NCBI GenBank assembly: GCA_964584895.1
Contig: CAZPAW010000001.1
Location: forward strand, 37,936-101,935
Origin: an uncultured Candidatus Saccharibacteria bacterium
GTDB lineage: Bacteria > Patescibacteriota > Saccharimonadia > Saccharimonadales > JAGQNJ01
DNA: 64,000 bases
Direction: 5' to 3'
Below, in pieces: positions 45,372 to 54,618 of the stretch. The notes beneath the pieces were generated by a model that was not told the DNA's origin, searched no databases, and saw nothing but the letters and a program-made list of their open reading frames with translations. The first letter of the stretch is position 1. Each line of letters opens with the position of its first letter. The position numbers and the translations under genes were made by a program.

Positions 45372-46397
45372 TTATAGTTCTTTTTTGAGTTTTTCGAGCA
45401 AATCAACTTGAGTTGGGTCAACATTATTTAATATTGCGGCGTATATACTTATAAAATCTCCTAGCGCTACAGTGTAGAGTAATTGTTTTAGAATACTATC
45501 GCCTTCTACTTCAACCACAATCGGATGAGGCCGCTTACCCGATAGTAATTTCTCGCTTAGCTGAAAACGCTTTTGTATCTGGGGATGCTCTAGGTTACTG
45601 CGCAGGTCAATAACCGTGTAAGGCTTTTCAATAGGTTGTGCCAACCAGCCAACAAATTCGTTATGGTCAAACTCTGGATACTGACCACACCACGCTACAT
45701 TTTTAGCATTCTCGTTAAAACTAATCTTCCATTTATATGCCACCGGCGCCAAAAGTGGCCCTGCGTAGATTACTGCACTGTTGCCCATAACATCTTGAGC
45801 AATTTTTTTAGCCTCGTTTTTTGCTGTTGGGACAGTTGGTAACCAACTATTAATTGATTCTTTTAAGAACTCTCCCGCAGACTTAATTTGATTTTCTACA
45901 TCGCTCGGCTTTACCAACCCCGCTTGCTCCAAAATAGTAATCAAAGCTTTAAGGATATAAAGTGTTGCAAACCTTGGCTGAGATACTGGTGGGATCTGAA
46001 CAAAAATGTGCCCACGCTCAGCAGCTAATTTCTCTAACTCGCCGCCACAAGAGATTACTACGATTGTGGCGGCTGTTTTTTCAGCCTGATTATATGCAGA
46101 TATTGTTTCTTCGGTATTTCCAGAATAACTACAAACCACAAATAAGGTTTTTTTCGACACATAATGCGGAATATTATAGTTAGAAACAATCTCAAAAGGC
46201 ACGTTATAGCCTGGCCAAGACATACTCAATCGGGCCGATAACGCCGATCCGCCCATGCCCGAGTAAACCACGTTCTCAAAATTACCATCAATATTCTCGA
46301 CTTCAAACTCATGTTCTAATTGTTGCCATTGTTTTTCAGCAATCCCTAATGCATCGCTTTTATCTCTAAAATGTATCTGTTTTAAGTCATCCAACAT
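45372..46397 (-). CDS. Bifunctional phosphoglucose/phosphomannose isomerase (SIS family)
   Basis: About 340 aa; SGMGGSA and SYSGNTEET SIS motifs. Confidence 0.8.
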   Translation of the reverse strand: MLDDLKQIHFRDKSDALGIAEKQWQQLEHEFEVENIDGNFENVVYSGMGGSALSARLSMSWPGYNVPFEIVSNYNIPHYVSKKTLFVVCSYSGNTEETISAYNQAEKTAATIVVISCGGELEKLAAERGHIFVQIPPVSQPRFATLYILKALITILEQAGLVKPSDVENQIKSAGEFLKESINSWLPTVPTAKNEAKKIAQDVMGNSAVIYAGPLLAPVAYKWKISFNENAKNVAWCGQYPEFDHNEFVGWLAQPIEKPYTVIDLRSNLEHPQIQKRFQLSEKLLSGKRPHPIVVEVEGDSILKQLLYTVALGDFISIYAAILNNVDPTQVDLLEKLKKEL

Positions 46398-46467
46398 CTA
46401 TCTCTCCAAACTTTCGATTGATTACTATATAATATCCATTATAATCATACATTATTAAGGGGGCACT

Positions 46468-47040
46468 ATGTTCGGGCACGACAAAGAAGATAAAAAAGAA
46501 GATAACGTAATTCATCCAATCAGCACTAAACCGGTTGATGAAAAATTAATGGGTCTTGACGATGACTCATCTACAGATAGTTCAAATGCATCTGACGACA
46601 ACAAAGATAAAGATATTGAGAATTTAGTTGAAGATATTAATGCGTCAACAAGCGCCACGGTCACTTCTTCTAACAGCGATGATGATAAAACTTCGTCTGA
46701 TGATTTGATCGTGCCTCCTAGCGAATCTGATTCCGTCATAACACAGAGCGAAGAATCAACTACATCTTCAGACGATTCCTCTTCCACCCCACCTTCAAGT
46801 GATCTTATGGACATAAAACGTAGCGCGCTCGAAGAACTGTCGCCACTCATCGATAAACTAGATCAAACACCAGAGGAAAAAACAATGACTTTGCTAATGA
46901 TGATCCAAGCAACCGATGATCAATCTCTAATTGGTACCGTTTTTAATGTCGCTAAAGATATCAAAGATGACAAAAAACGTGCTCAAGCTATGCTAGATAT
47001 TGTTAACGAGATTAACTACTTCACCAGCAAAAAGAAATAA
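46468..47040 (+). CDS. Acidic Ser/Asp-rich protein with a helical C-terminal domain
   Basis: Low-complexity D/S/T region, then a structured tail; RBS AAGGGGG. Confidence 0.55.
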   Translation: MFGHDKEDKKEDNVIHPISTKPVDEKLMGLDDDSSTDSSNASDDNKDKDIENLVEDINASTSATVTSSNSDDDKTSSDDLIVPPSESDSVITQSEESTTSSDDSSSTPPSSDLMDIKRSALEELSPLIDKLDQTPEEKTMTLLMMIQATDDQSLIGTVFNVAKDIKDDKKRAQAMLDIVNEINYFTSKKK

Positions 47041-47256
47041 TTATTTTACTTTGGTCTCGGCATCCGGCTTGTCCTGAATGACTTCGTCAAAGCTACAGCA
47101 AAAAAGCCGAGGACTGTTTGAAGACAGGAAATTGCCTGGAGGTAATTTCCTATCAAGTTCCACAGGCTGTTGTAGCCTTTGACTAGAAGTTATGTCAAGA
47201 CAAACGGAAAGCCAAGAGTTTTATTTTACTTTGACGATACAAAGTAAAAAGAAGTA

Positions 47257-47697
47257 TTATTGTAAACCACCAGGACCGGGGCCGGTGGCTGGGATTTCTG
47301 TGGCACCAGTTGATGGCGTAGATTCGGACTCCGCGCTAGATGAAGGCGTTGAATCTAAATCCAACGTATTATCGTTGTCGCTGCCTGCTTCGTTCGTATT
47401 GTCTGCAGATTCAGTATCGTTATCATTTACAGCGGGGTTGTCTTTCTCGGTCTGATCTTTAGTAGTACTTGTTTGGTCCACAGTTTTATTTTCGTTATTA
47501 CCAAAAATACTTTGATAAACCCACTTACCGCCAAAAAATAGAACTACTGCAATAATGGCTGTAACGGCCACTGTAAGTAACGCAGATACCCAGGAAGGAC
47601 GTTTAACACCATCTTTGTCGCCTTTGTAATATTCTGATACTTCATCAGGCAACATCGATTGATCTAATTTTTTCTTATTGAACGGCCAAATCGCCAT
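47257..47697 (-). CDS. Single-pass membrane protein with a low-complexity Asn/Asp/Thr-rich ectodomain
   Basis: TM helix ALLTVAVTAIIAVVLFF. Preferred over the overlapping plus-strand ORF 47192-47455. Confidence 0.55.
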   Translation of the reverse strand: MAIWPFNKKKLDQSMLPDEVSEYYKGDKDGVKRPSWVSALLTVAVTAIIAVVLFFGGKWVYQSIFGNNENKTVDQTSTTKDQTEKDNPAVNDNDTESADNTNEAGSDNDNTLDLDSTPSSSAESESTPSTGATEIPATGPGPGGLQ

Positions 47698-47836
47698 AAA
47701 CTTATCTCCCGTTAAAAACCTATAGCACTATCATACTAGATTTTAGTAATTTTTGCAACAAAACGCATTCAATTTATTCAATAGTTGGTAAGATATAAAT
47801 AACTTTTGCAACACTGCAAATGGATATGGAGGGTAA

Positions 47837-48805
47837 ATGGCTCAACAAACAACTGAGGGATTTCTGACTTTTCAAGAAGTAAAAGAAAATGGCTTCGCAC
47901 TTATTGACCATAGTGTTTCGCCTGATCTTGTAGACGCTTTAATTGCTGATTATGCTGCTTTTACCGACAACTTCCCTGATCCAACGCCTGAAACTATGAA
48001 TAATATGATTGTTGACCCGAATAATTTAGACGCCCTAGATAGAAGTGCCGATACACAAGGTGAGTGGCATAAATATCGCACCAATCAACCTCACTACGCT
48101 AAACCTAATGGTTATACTAACCGCTCATTTCAAGCAGATGTTCTTAGGAATTTCGGTAGAAGAGTTTTAGATTTAAAAACTGGCGAATTGGTAGATGCTT
48201 ACGAGGATCCAAAGGAATATTTTCATTATGCGCCTGGTCATCGTCAAGCAATGGAGAATGCGCATGAAGAATTTGGTTGGGGGCCGATTCCTTCAGAAGT
48301 CTCAACCCTGTTAACTAGATTTCATACCATACATGGTTTAGCAAAATCTGCAATGAGCTCCTTCTATGGAAAATTAGAAGAAACGCACCCAGAACTAGTT
48401 AAATATGTAAGACCTGAGGATTTGGATATCAGTCCAATAAGACTACTTTTCTACCACCCAGGACAAGGTGATGTACTGGCTGGTGGGCACTATGATCGTG
48501 GTATAGGTACGCTCCAAATTGCAGAAAGTCATCAGGGTCTTAGAATCAGAAACGCACATACTGGCGAAATGGAGATGGTACAAAGAAATCCGCGTACGGG
48601 GGTAGTCTTCCCTGCACTAAAATGGACCGATGGTTTAACAGCATCAGAATTACAACCTCTATGGCATGACGTTGTTAACTCTGATATTCCTAACGAAAGT
48701 CGAAACCTTCACGGTAAAAATGTTGCACGTTGGTCATTGATATTTTTTACAAACTCAAAAGCACTTGGTGAAGATTCCATAAAAAGTCGTACCCACACTG
48801 AATAA
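47837..48805 (+). CDS. 2-oxoglutarate/Fe(II)-dependent oxygenase family protein
   Basis: H-x-D (GGHYDRG) and a distal His (LWHDV) in an IPNS-like layout; RBS GGAGGG. Confidence 0.65.
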   Translation: MAQQTTEGFLTFQEVKENGFALIDHSVSPDLVDALIADYAAFTDNFPDPTPETMNNMIVDPNNLDALDRSADTQGEWHKYRTNQPHYAKPNGYTNRSFQADVLRNFGRRVLDLKTGELVDAYEDPKEYFHYAPGHRQAMENAHEEFGWGPIPSEVSTLLTRFHTIHGLAKSAMSSFYGKLEETHPELVKYVRPEDLDISPIRLLFYHPGQGDVLAGGHYDRGIGTLQIAESHQGLRIRNAHTGEMEMVQRNPRTGVVFPALKWTDGLTASELQPLWHDVVNSDIPNESRNLHGKNVARWSLIFFTNSKALGEDSIKSRTHTE

Positions 48806-48824
48806 TTATCAATTTACAAAAGTG

Positions 48825-48852
48825 TTGACTATATTTATTTTTATGTTAATAT
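48825..48852 (+). promoter_or_regulatory. Promoter P8: TTGACT-N16-TAATAT
   Basis: Read directly; an ATG follows 7 nt after the -10 element. Confidence 0.6.
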
Positions 48853-48859
48853 ACTTTTC

Positions 48860-48910
48860 ATGAGTTTATTTAGAAACTTAAATACTAAGAAAGAGAAACT
48901 ACGGCCTTAG
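48860..48910 (+). CDS. Leaderless 16-codon micro-ORF (MSLFRNLNTKKEKLRP), or the 5' part of a short leader RNA
   Basis: My own translation. It lies between P8 and a strong terminator. Confidence 0.3.
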   Translation: MSLFRNLNTKKEKLRP

Positions 48911-48932
48911 CACGTATACTCTTTTAATATTT

Positions 48933-48975
48933 AAAAATCCCGCGTGTTAAGGCAAAAAACAAGCGGGATTTTTTA
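48933..48975 (+). terminator. Strong hairpin terminator/attenuator (about 16-bp stem with one mismatch), flanked by an A-run and a T-run
   Basis: AAAAATCCCGCGTGTT-aaggcaaa-AACAAGCGGGATTTTTT. Confidence 0.8.
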
Positions 48976-49003
48976 ATTTGTAAAAAATTTAAGGAGAATA
49001 ACA

Positions 49004-49363
49004 ATGGAACGAAGTATAACAACAAGTGAGTTAGACGAAGAAGTACGAGTTCTCGCTGAAACGCATCCTAGTCCAGCTACTTTTGAAGAATCAAATAGAA
49101 CAGTCACGGAGTTGGAAATAAATTACCCTGCTGGTGAATTCACCGTAGTGAAAATCTGGGAATCGAACGAGTGGCAATTAGTCATTGGTGCTTTTGGTCG
49201 AGGTGCTGAATCGCGTGGTACAAGAGTGTTTTCACGAAGACCTGATTCAGATCGTCTAATTCGACACGACGATAGCATTGCGGGTAGAAATGCAGGTCCG
49301 AGAGATACACAAAGAGCCTTTTTTGCATTATCAGCTGCTATCGAGTCCGTACAACAATCATAA
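49004..49363 (+). CDS. Orphan protein, gene 1 of a four-gene operon
   Basis: ORF; RBS AAGGAG. Confidence 0.6.
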   Translation: MERSITTSELDEEVRVLAETHPSPATFEESNRTVTELEINYPAGEFTVVKIWESNEWQLVIGAFGRGAESRGTRVFSRRPDSDRLIRHDDSIAGRNAGPRDTQRAFFALSAAIESVQQS

Positions 49364-49404
49364 AAATTAATACTAAATTAACTAGAAATAAGGAAATTAA
49401 AAAA

Positions 49405-49830
49405 ATGGCAACAAGAGAAGATTACGGTGAACATCATCGACCATATGTTGATAACCGAGGTTTCTTAAGCCCTAGGTTTTACGACCCACATGTGACACAC
49501 GATCAATATTTCAGATATGAGAGTACACCTCCTTGGAGTGATTCAGAAGCACGAATTAGATTTAGAGAGTTTGGCTACCTTGGTTACGTAGCAGTTAGTC
49601 ATATTGAATATGATGAACCTACAGAAGATATTGATATCCCATTAAAGTCAATCATAGAAAACGATACCTTAGCACAATATTTAATATCATGTGGCGCCTT
49701 AATTGGCCCGCGAGCGATAGATTTTCCAGATATAAATAGAACAGAACTGCTACCTGGCGTGATGTTTTTCATGCACCGCGATAACCCAAGCTTACAACAA
49801 ATAAACCAAGGTGATTTACATGCAAGCTGA
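49405..49830 (+). CDS. Orphan protein, gene 2 (paralogue of gene 3)
   Basis: Shares TPP...GY..V...DE...GAL.GP...GV.FF...P spacing with the next ORF. Confidence 0.6.
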   Translation: MATREDYGEHHRPYVDNRGFLSPRFYDPHVTHDQYFRYESTPPWSDSEARIRFREFGYLGYVAVSHIEYDEPTEDIDIPLKSIIENDTLAQYLISCGALIGPRAIDFPDINRTELLPGVMFFMHRDNPSLQQINQGDLHAS

Positions 49831-50179
49831 ACAGTCTTTAATAAGTTGTAACTTTAGTCCAGAAGCAACTCATTCTATGTACAGCCCAATAGCAACTCCG
49901 CCGTTTTTTGAATTAGACGAAGCAAAAAAAAGACATCAAGCATTTCTTGCTAATGGATATCAGTTCGTCGGTGGGATTTGCTTGGTTGATGAAGACGAAT
50001 ATGATTCAAATCTGAGAAGAGTATTATCTTTTCACGAGAAATCATCTATTCATCTTGCTGCCGGAGCCCTATTGGGGCCATACGTAGTTAATGCGGCTAG
50101 TTGCAAACCAATAACATTTAGAGGAGTTAGGTTTTTTATTCCTAATTCACCATTTAACAGAGGAGAATGTAATGAATGA
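49820..50179 (+). CDS. Orphan protein, gene 3 (paralogue of gene 2); start chosen at MQAEQS with RBS GGTGA
   Basis: The ORF track gives 49811; overlaps gene 2. Confidence 0.55.
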   Translation: MQAEQSLISCNFSPEATHSMYSPIATPPFFELDEAKKRHQAFLANGYQFVGGICLVDEDEYDSNLRRVLSFHEKSSIHLAAGALLGPYVVNAASCKPITFRGVRFFIPNSPFNRGECNE

Positions 50180-50936
50180 ACTATTTAGAATAAAAGCTAC
50201 AGAAGAATTAACCCCTAGGGGAAGAACACTTGCGATGAGCGACACGCTACACGATGCAAAAATTGACCCAGACGAAGACGTACTTTGGGAGGAATCCCAT
50301 CCGCTTTTAAAAAATAGCATCCACCGTGTTGCTAGTACACTTGCTGGTCAACTTGGCAGGTTTGAGTATAATCCAAATCAACACCCGAGAATGCTGCCTC
50401 ATTCTAAGACACAAGTACTAGGTCATGAAACAATTGATGAAACTCACACTGTACTGGTAGGAACACCGGGAGCTGCTCTTGCGAAATTTGTGCTTGCAAA
50501 TGGCGATGGTCAATCAAGGTTGCAATTCGTAACAGCCACACCAACCGAAGTTACATTAAGGCCAAATGGTGGAAGTTTTTTGGATTGGTTTACCACTCGT
50601 TTCCAAAACGGGCATCCTTTTATATGGGGTGAGATCGCATTTTTAAATTTGGGAAAAGATCGCGAAATACGACGACCAGTAGATACTATCGATAATATTG
50701 CGCTAGAAGGAATAATGGTTGCTAATGGCGATAGCTTTGAACTACAAGCTCGCAGACAAGTCATGTGGCGCGAAAGACCGTATCGACATAACGTTTCTTC
50801 TGAAGGCGCTGATCTTCGAGCGTTTGGAAGCGAACTAAGAGATAGGTATTTGATAACCCACGCCTGCAATTGGTTAGTTAATACAACATCAACGCTAAAC
50901 CAGGCCTTGTCACCTGAACCACGAACGTTTAAATAG
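50172..50936 (+). CDS. Orphan protein, gene 4 (254 aa)
   Basis: ORF; RBS AGGAGA; overlaps gene 3 by 8 nt. Confidence 0.6.
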   Translation: MNELFRIKATEELTPRGRTLAMSDTLHDAKIDPDEDVLWEESHPLLKNSIHRVASTLAGQLGRFEYNPNQHPRMLPHSKTQVLGHETIDETHTVLVGTPGAALAKFVLANGDGQSRLQFVTATPTEVTLRPNGGSFLDWFTTRFQNGHPFIWGEIAFLNLGKDREIRRPVDTIDNIALEGIMVANGDSFELQARRQVMWRERPYRHNVSSEGADLRAFGSELRDRYLITHACNWLVNTTSTLNQALSPEPRTFK

Positions 50937-50967
50937 TGTACATTAAGTTAGCGAGAAAGCTGGCTTT

Positions 50968-52620
50968 CTACATCATTCCCATGCCACCAGGCATACCACC
51001 ACCGGCTGGAGCAGCTGGTTCTTCTTTTGGCACTTCAGCAACTAGTGCACCCATAGTCATAGCTGTGCCAGCAATCGATACAGAGTTTTGCACCGCTTCG
51101 CGAGTTACTCGGGTTGGATCAACAATCCCAACGGTCTTTAAGTCTACCAACTTAGTTGGCTTAGTAACATCAATGCCCTGCCCCGATTTTGCTTTACGAA
51201 CTTGTGGCCACCACTCATCCGGATTTAGTCCGGAATTTTGGAGTAGTTCGTAAAATGGACGAAGCAAAGCTGTTTTTAGAAGTTGCTTACCATGCGCAAG
51301 ATCATCGCTAGCTTCGACTACAATTTTCTCGCTAAGTTCGGCAAGCGTTACCCCACCACCAGCTACAATACCTTCGTCAAGCGCTGCTTTAACTGCCGCA
51401 ACTGCATCGTCAACCCGATATTTCTTTTCTTCTATCTCTGTCTCAGTAGCACCGCCAACTTTTATAACTGCAACTTTTCCTTGAAGTGCTGCGCGTCTTT
51501 TATCTAGATTCTCTTTGTCGTATTCACTAGTAGCGATATTTGCCTGAGAAGTTATTTGGGCAATTCTTGCTTTTACAGCAGATGCCGAACCCGCGCCTTC
51601 GACAATCGTAGTGTCATCTTTTGTGACAATTACTTTTCGTGCTGATCCAAAAATATCTTGGTCTGCCATATTCTCAAAAGTATGGCCTTGGTCTTCGCTG
51701 ATTACAGTTGCGCCAGTCAGAGTTGCAATATCTTGTAACTCTTCTTTGCGTCTATCACCAAAACTTGGTGCTTTTACGGCGACTGCATTAAGTACACCCT
51801 TTAATTTATTCAAAATTAATGTACCAAGTACTTCACCCTCAACATCATCAGCAATAATAATCAGGTCTTTTTTGCCTTCATTAGCTGCCTTTTCAAGGAT
51901 TGGTAAGAATTCTTGGACAGAACTAATTTTTTTATCAGTAACTACGATAACAGGCTTATTAACTACAGCTTCCATTCTAGTTGTATCGGTAACCATGTAG
52001 GGGCTAACAAAACCTCGATCCATCGTAAAGCCTTCTACGACTTCGCTCTCAAGCTCTAGACTTTGTCCTTCTTCAACAGTTACGACTCCATCTTTACCGA
52101 CTTTACCAATGACATCAGCAATCATGTCACCAATCTGACTATCGCCAGCCGATATTGTAGCTACTTCGGCAACACGCTTTTGATTAGCCTTAATGTCTTC
52201 GCTCATCTTTCCAAGTTGTTTAATCACATCATGCGATGCTTGCTCTAAACCCTTACGTAGTAGCATCGGGTTGTGTCCTGCGGCAATCAGTTTGTTAGCT
52301 TCGTTCAAAATATGAAAAGTCAGTACAGTAACGGTTGTCGTACCGTCCCCTGCTACATCATTCATTTTGTTAGCAGCTTGCTTTATCAGTTCTGCGCCAA
52401 CTTTATAACCTAATGTTTCATCATCTTTGTCTTCGATTTCAACACCTTTTGCTACAGTTACACCGTCATGAGTTACCGACGGGTTGCCATAGGCTTTATC
52501 GATAATTACGTTACGGCCTTTAGGACCCATAGTGGTCTTTACTGCCTCGTATAAAATCCTGGCTCCCTCGAGCACTCGTCTTCTAGCATCCTCATCATAA
52601 AAAACTCTATTTGCCATCAA
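50968..52620 (-). CDS. groEL: Chaperonin GroEL
   Basis: Full-length Cpn60 with AVKAPSFGDRRK and a GGM-type tail (GGMPGGMGMM). Confidence 0.97.
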   Translation of the reverse strand: MMANRVFYDEDARRRVLEGARILYEAVKTTMGPKGRNVIIDKAYGNPSVTHDGVTVAKGVEIEDKDDETLGYKVGAELIKQAANKMNDVAGDGTTTVTVLTFHILNEANKLIAAGHNPMLLRKGLEQASHDVIKQLGKMSEDIKANQKRVAEVATISAGDSQIGDMIADVIGKVGKDGVVTVEEGQSLELESEVVEGFTMDRGFVSPYMVTDTTRMEAVVNKPVIVVTDKKISSVQEFLPILEKAANEGKKDLIIIADDVEGEVLGTLILNKLKGVLNAVAVKAPSFGDRRKEELQDIATLTGATVISEDQGHTFENMADQDIFGSARKVIVTKDDTTIVEGAGSASAVKARIAQITSQANIATSEYDKENLDKRRAALQGKVAVIKVGGATETEIEEKKYRVDDAVAAVKAALDEGIVAGGGVTLAELSEKIVVEASDDLAHGKQLLKTALLRPFYELLQNSGLNPDEWWPQVRKAKSGQGIDVTKPTKLVDLKTVGIVDPTRVTREAVQNSVSIAGTAMTMGALVAEVPKEEPAAPAGGGMPGGMGMM

Positions 52621-52628
52621 AAAACCTC

Positions 52629-52898
52629 CTAATTTACGGTTGCAATTATATTTTTAATAAATACAAGTGTGTACTCTTCGTCGCTTACCTTGACTGTTGT
52701 TGCCTCATATTCATTTTTATAAATAACACGTTGTCCAACTTTAACATCATTGATGCCTTCGCCGACCGCAACAACTTTGGCTGTTTTTGGTTTTTCTTTA
52801 GCGCTGTCAGGTAGATATAGCCCACTCGCTGTCTTTTTTTCAGCATCTTCTGCTTGTACTACCACGTACCCCGCTAATGGATTAATGGGTATTGCCAT
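52629..52898 (-). CDS. groES: Co-chaperonin GroES
   Basis: 89 aa; INPLAGYVVVQ...GLYLP mobile-loop region. Confidence 0.93.
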   Translation of the reverse strand: MAIPINPLAGYVVVQAEDAEKKTASGLYLPDSAKEKPKTAKVVAVGEGINDVKVGQRVIYKNEYEATTVKVSDEEYTLVFIKNIIATVN

Positions 52899-52939
52899 AA
52901 TCTTCCTCCTTTATTTATTTGACACGTTTGGTGATACGT

Positions 52940-52968
52940 ATTTTACAAAACAAAATTGGCACTTGCAA
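52940..52968 (-). promoter_or_regulatory. groESL promoter TTGCAA-N17-TAAAAT
   Basis: The -35 hexamer lies inside the CIRCE spacer. Confidence 0.6.
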
Positions 52969-52982
52969 GCCTAGAGTGCTAA
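52956..52982. promoter_or_regulatory. CIRCE operator (HrcA site): TTGGCACTT-N9-GAGTGCTAA
   Basis: Close match to the consensus TTAGCACTC-N9-GAGTGCTAA, directly upstream of groES. Confidence 0.85.
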
Positions 52983-52988
52983 TTTCTT

Positions 52989-53879
52989 ATGTTTTCCCGC
53001 GATTTGATATACTTTTACCCAATGCTTATAAACAAAAAAGTTCTGATGTCTGGGGCGGATTACTTCAATGATGGATTCGCTATTAATGCACTCATGGACT
53101 CTTCTAACCCTGTAGATATAGATAAAGCGAAGCAAGAACACGACTCAATAAAGCATGCCCTGCAAAGCATCGGTGTAGAGGTAATTCAAGTCCATCCCCC
53201 GAGAGGTTGTCAAGACGGTGTATATACCGCCAATTGGGCTCTTTGTCGAGGCGACACTGCCGTCATGGCCTCACTTCCCAACAAACGAACCGACGAAGAA
53301 GCTTATGCTGCCGAGGTGCTTAGCAAGCTAGGCAAACGACTAGTTTTTCTTCCAAAAGGCTTAAAATTTAGTGGTCAAGGTGATGCTTTACCCTGTGGGG
53401 ATTATCTTTTTGCAGGTACGGGCTATCGAACAGATAAAGACGTACATGATTTTTTAAAAAAGAATCTAGATTATGAAGTTATTAGTCTTCAGGCAATCCC
53501 AACTCTAGACAAACATAAAAAACCAGTTATTAACAAGATTACTGGCTGGCCTGATAGCTTTTTCTATGATATAGACCTAGCAATAGCTGTGTTGTCACCC
53601 AATTTAATTGCATGGTGCAGGGAGGCTTTCACGCCAGAAAGTCAAGCAAAAATTGATAAATTAACAGATATCGACAAGATAGAGGTCTCTTACGAGGAAG
53701 CCGTAAAAGGCTTCGCTTGTAACCTAGTGTCTAACGGTGAAGCAGTCGTCATGAGCCACTACGCACCAAAACTAAAAAAAGCCATCGAGGACGCCGGCTT
53801 TAAAACAATCACTATACCAGCTACAGAATTATTCAAAGGTGGTGGTTATATCCGTTGCACCACTCTGACTCTTAGTTAG
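52989..53879 (+). CDS. Guanidino-group-modifying enzyme superfamily protein (amidinotransferase/DDAH-like); true start probably Met12 (53022)
   Basis: The C-terminal GGGYIRCTTLTL carries a catalytic Cys motif. The N-terminal KKVLMSGADYF is typical of the family. Confidence 0.7.
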   Translation: MFSRDLIYFYPMLINKKVLMSGADYFNDGFAINALMDSSNPVDIDKAKQEHDSIKHALQSIGVEVIQVHPPRGCQDGVYTANWALCRGDTAVMASLPNKRTDEEAYAAEVLSKLGKRLVFLPKGLKFSGQGDALPCGDYLFAGTGYRTDKDVHDFLKKNLDYEVISLQAIPTLDKHKKPVINKITGWPDSFFYDIDLAIAVLSPNLIAWCREAFTPESQAKIDKLTDIDKIEVSYEEAVKGFACNLVSNGEAVVMSHYAPKLKKAIEDAGFKTITIPATELFKGGGYIRCTTLTLS

Positions 53880-53892
53880 CTTTTTAATTCAA

Positions 53893-54609
53893 TTAATCCG
53901 ACATAAAATCTCTAAAGCCGATTCCTGCGTGTCGCAAATCTGCTTTTAGAGATGCTCTAAGAATTGAACCGTGGTTTATACCGAATCTGACGTTTCGGCC
54001 TTCTTCGTTTTCGAATCTTACATGCCCACCATTTCCGTCTCGTCTAACCCATCCAAGTCTTCGTAATCTTCTCGTCACTTCACGTACACCCATTTCCGCA
54101 GGAAATTCAATAGCTGGTTCTTCATTCTGACGAATTCCTTCATTTTCTACTGTGGTAGAACTAGAATCAACTTCAGTAGAGGGTAGTTCTTCTGGTGTAG
54201 TAGGCTTAAAATTTGCAGCAGTTCGACCAACCCATAATGTTATCAATTCCTGTGCAAGCGCAGAGACAACTTCGTCCTGTTCTTCTTCTGAAACATTATC
54301 TGTATTTGATAATAATTTTTCGAAATCTTCCGCGTCATCCAAAAATCTCTGAACACGTGGATCAATTTCGGAGCCAACCTCTGATTTAGGGCTAATTTGG
54401 GCCACAATACTGTGGCGCTCGGCTTCGCTGCGGACAGCACGTTCAGCTAAAAAGGTAGCAGCCGCAAGGCGACGATCGATATCTTCAGTAGCTTGTTCTG
54501 GGGCAAAGGGAGCAGTCATAATAGCAAGCTGAGCTAATATTTCAGGATCATCTCCACCATCAGCAGAAGTTGGATTTAGATGTTTAGGAATGGCAGTAGG
54601 TGATGACAT
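53893..54609 (-). CDS. Orphan protein with a C-terminal HicA-like domain
   Basis: REVTRRLRRLGWVRRDGNGGHVRFENEEGRNVRFGINHGSILRASLKADLRHAGI fits the HicA/YcfA pattern (G-S/G-H ... x-H ... L..aG). Confidence 0.55.
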   Translation of the reverse strand: MSSPTAIPKHLNPTSADGGDDPEILAQLAIMTAPFAPEQATEDIDRRLAAATFLAERAVRSEAERHSIVAQISPKSEVGSEIDPRVQRFLDDAEDFEKLLSNTDNVSEEEQDEVVSALAQELITLWVGRTAANFKPTTPEELPSTEVDSSSTTVENEGIRQNEEPAIEFPAEMGVREVTRRLRRLGWVRRDGNGGHVRFENEEGRNVRFGINHGSILRASLKADLRHAGIGFRDFMSD

Positions 54610-54618
54610 AATATAGTT

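Noticed and set aside
47041-47256. Assignment of the structured intergenic region to SRP RNA or 6S RNA
   Set aside because: I could not find the SRP domain IV motif (GGAA tetraloop with AGCA) or a convincing promoter. The 6S-like closing helix is only approximate.
47192-47455. Plus-strand ORF overlapping 47257-47697
   Set aside because: The minus-strand product has a clear TM anchor and a downstream hairpin. The plus-strand ORF begins inside the structured intergenic region and has no start signals.
50954-50969. AGAAAG-ctgg-CTTTCT hairpin between the convergent orphan operon and groEL, considered as a bidirectional terminator
   Set aside because: The stem is only 6 bp and AT-rich, there is no U-tract, and it overlaps the groEL stop. 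Confidence is too low to list it as a feature.
51283-52248. Plus-strand ORFs inside groEL (50936-51253, 51283-51507, 51611-52000, 52063-52248)
   Set aside because: They are shadow ORFs opposite a highly conserved gene.
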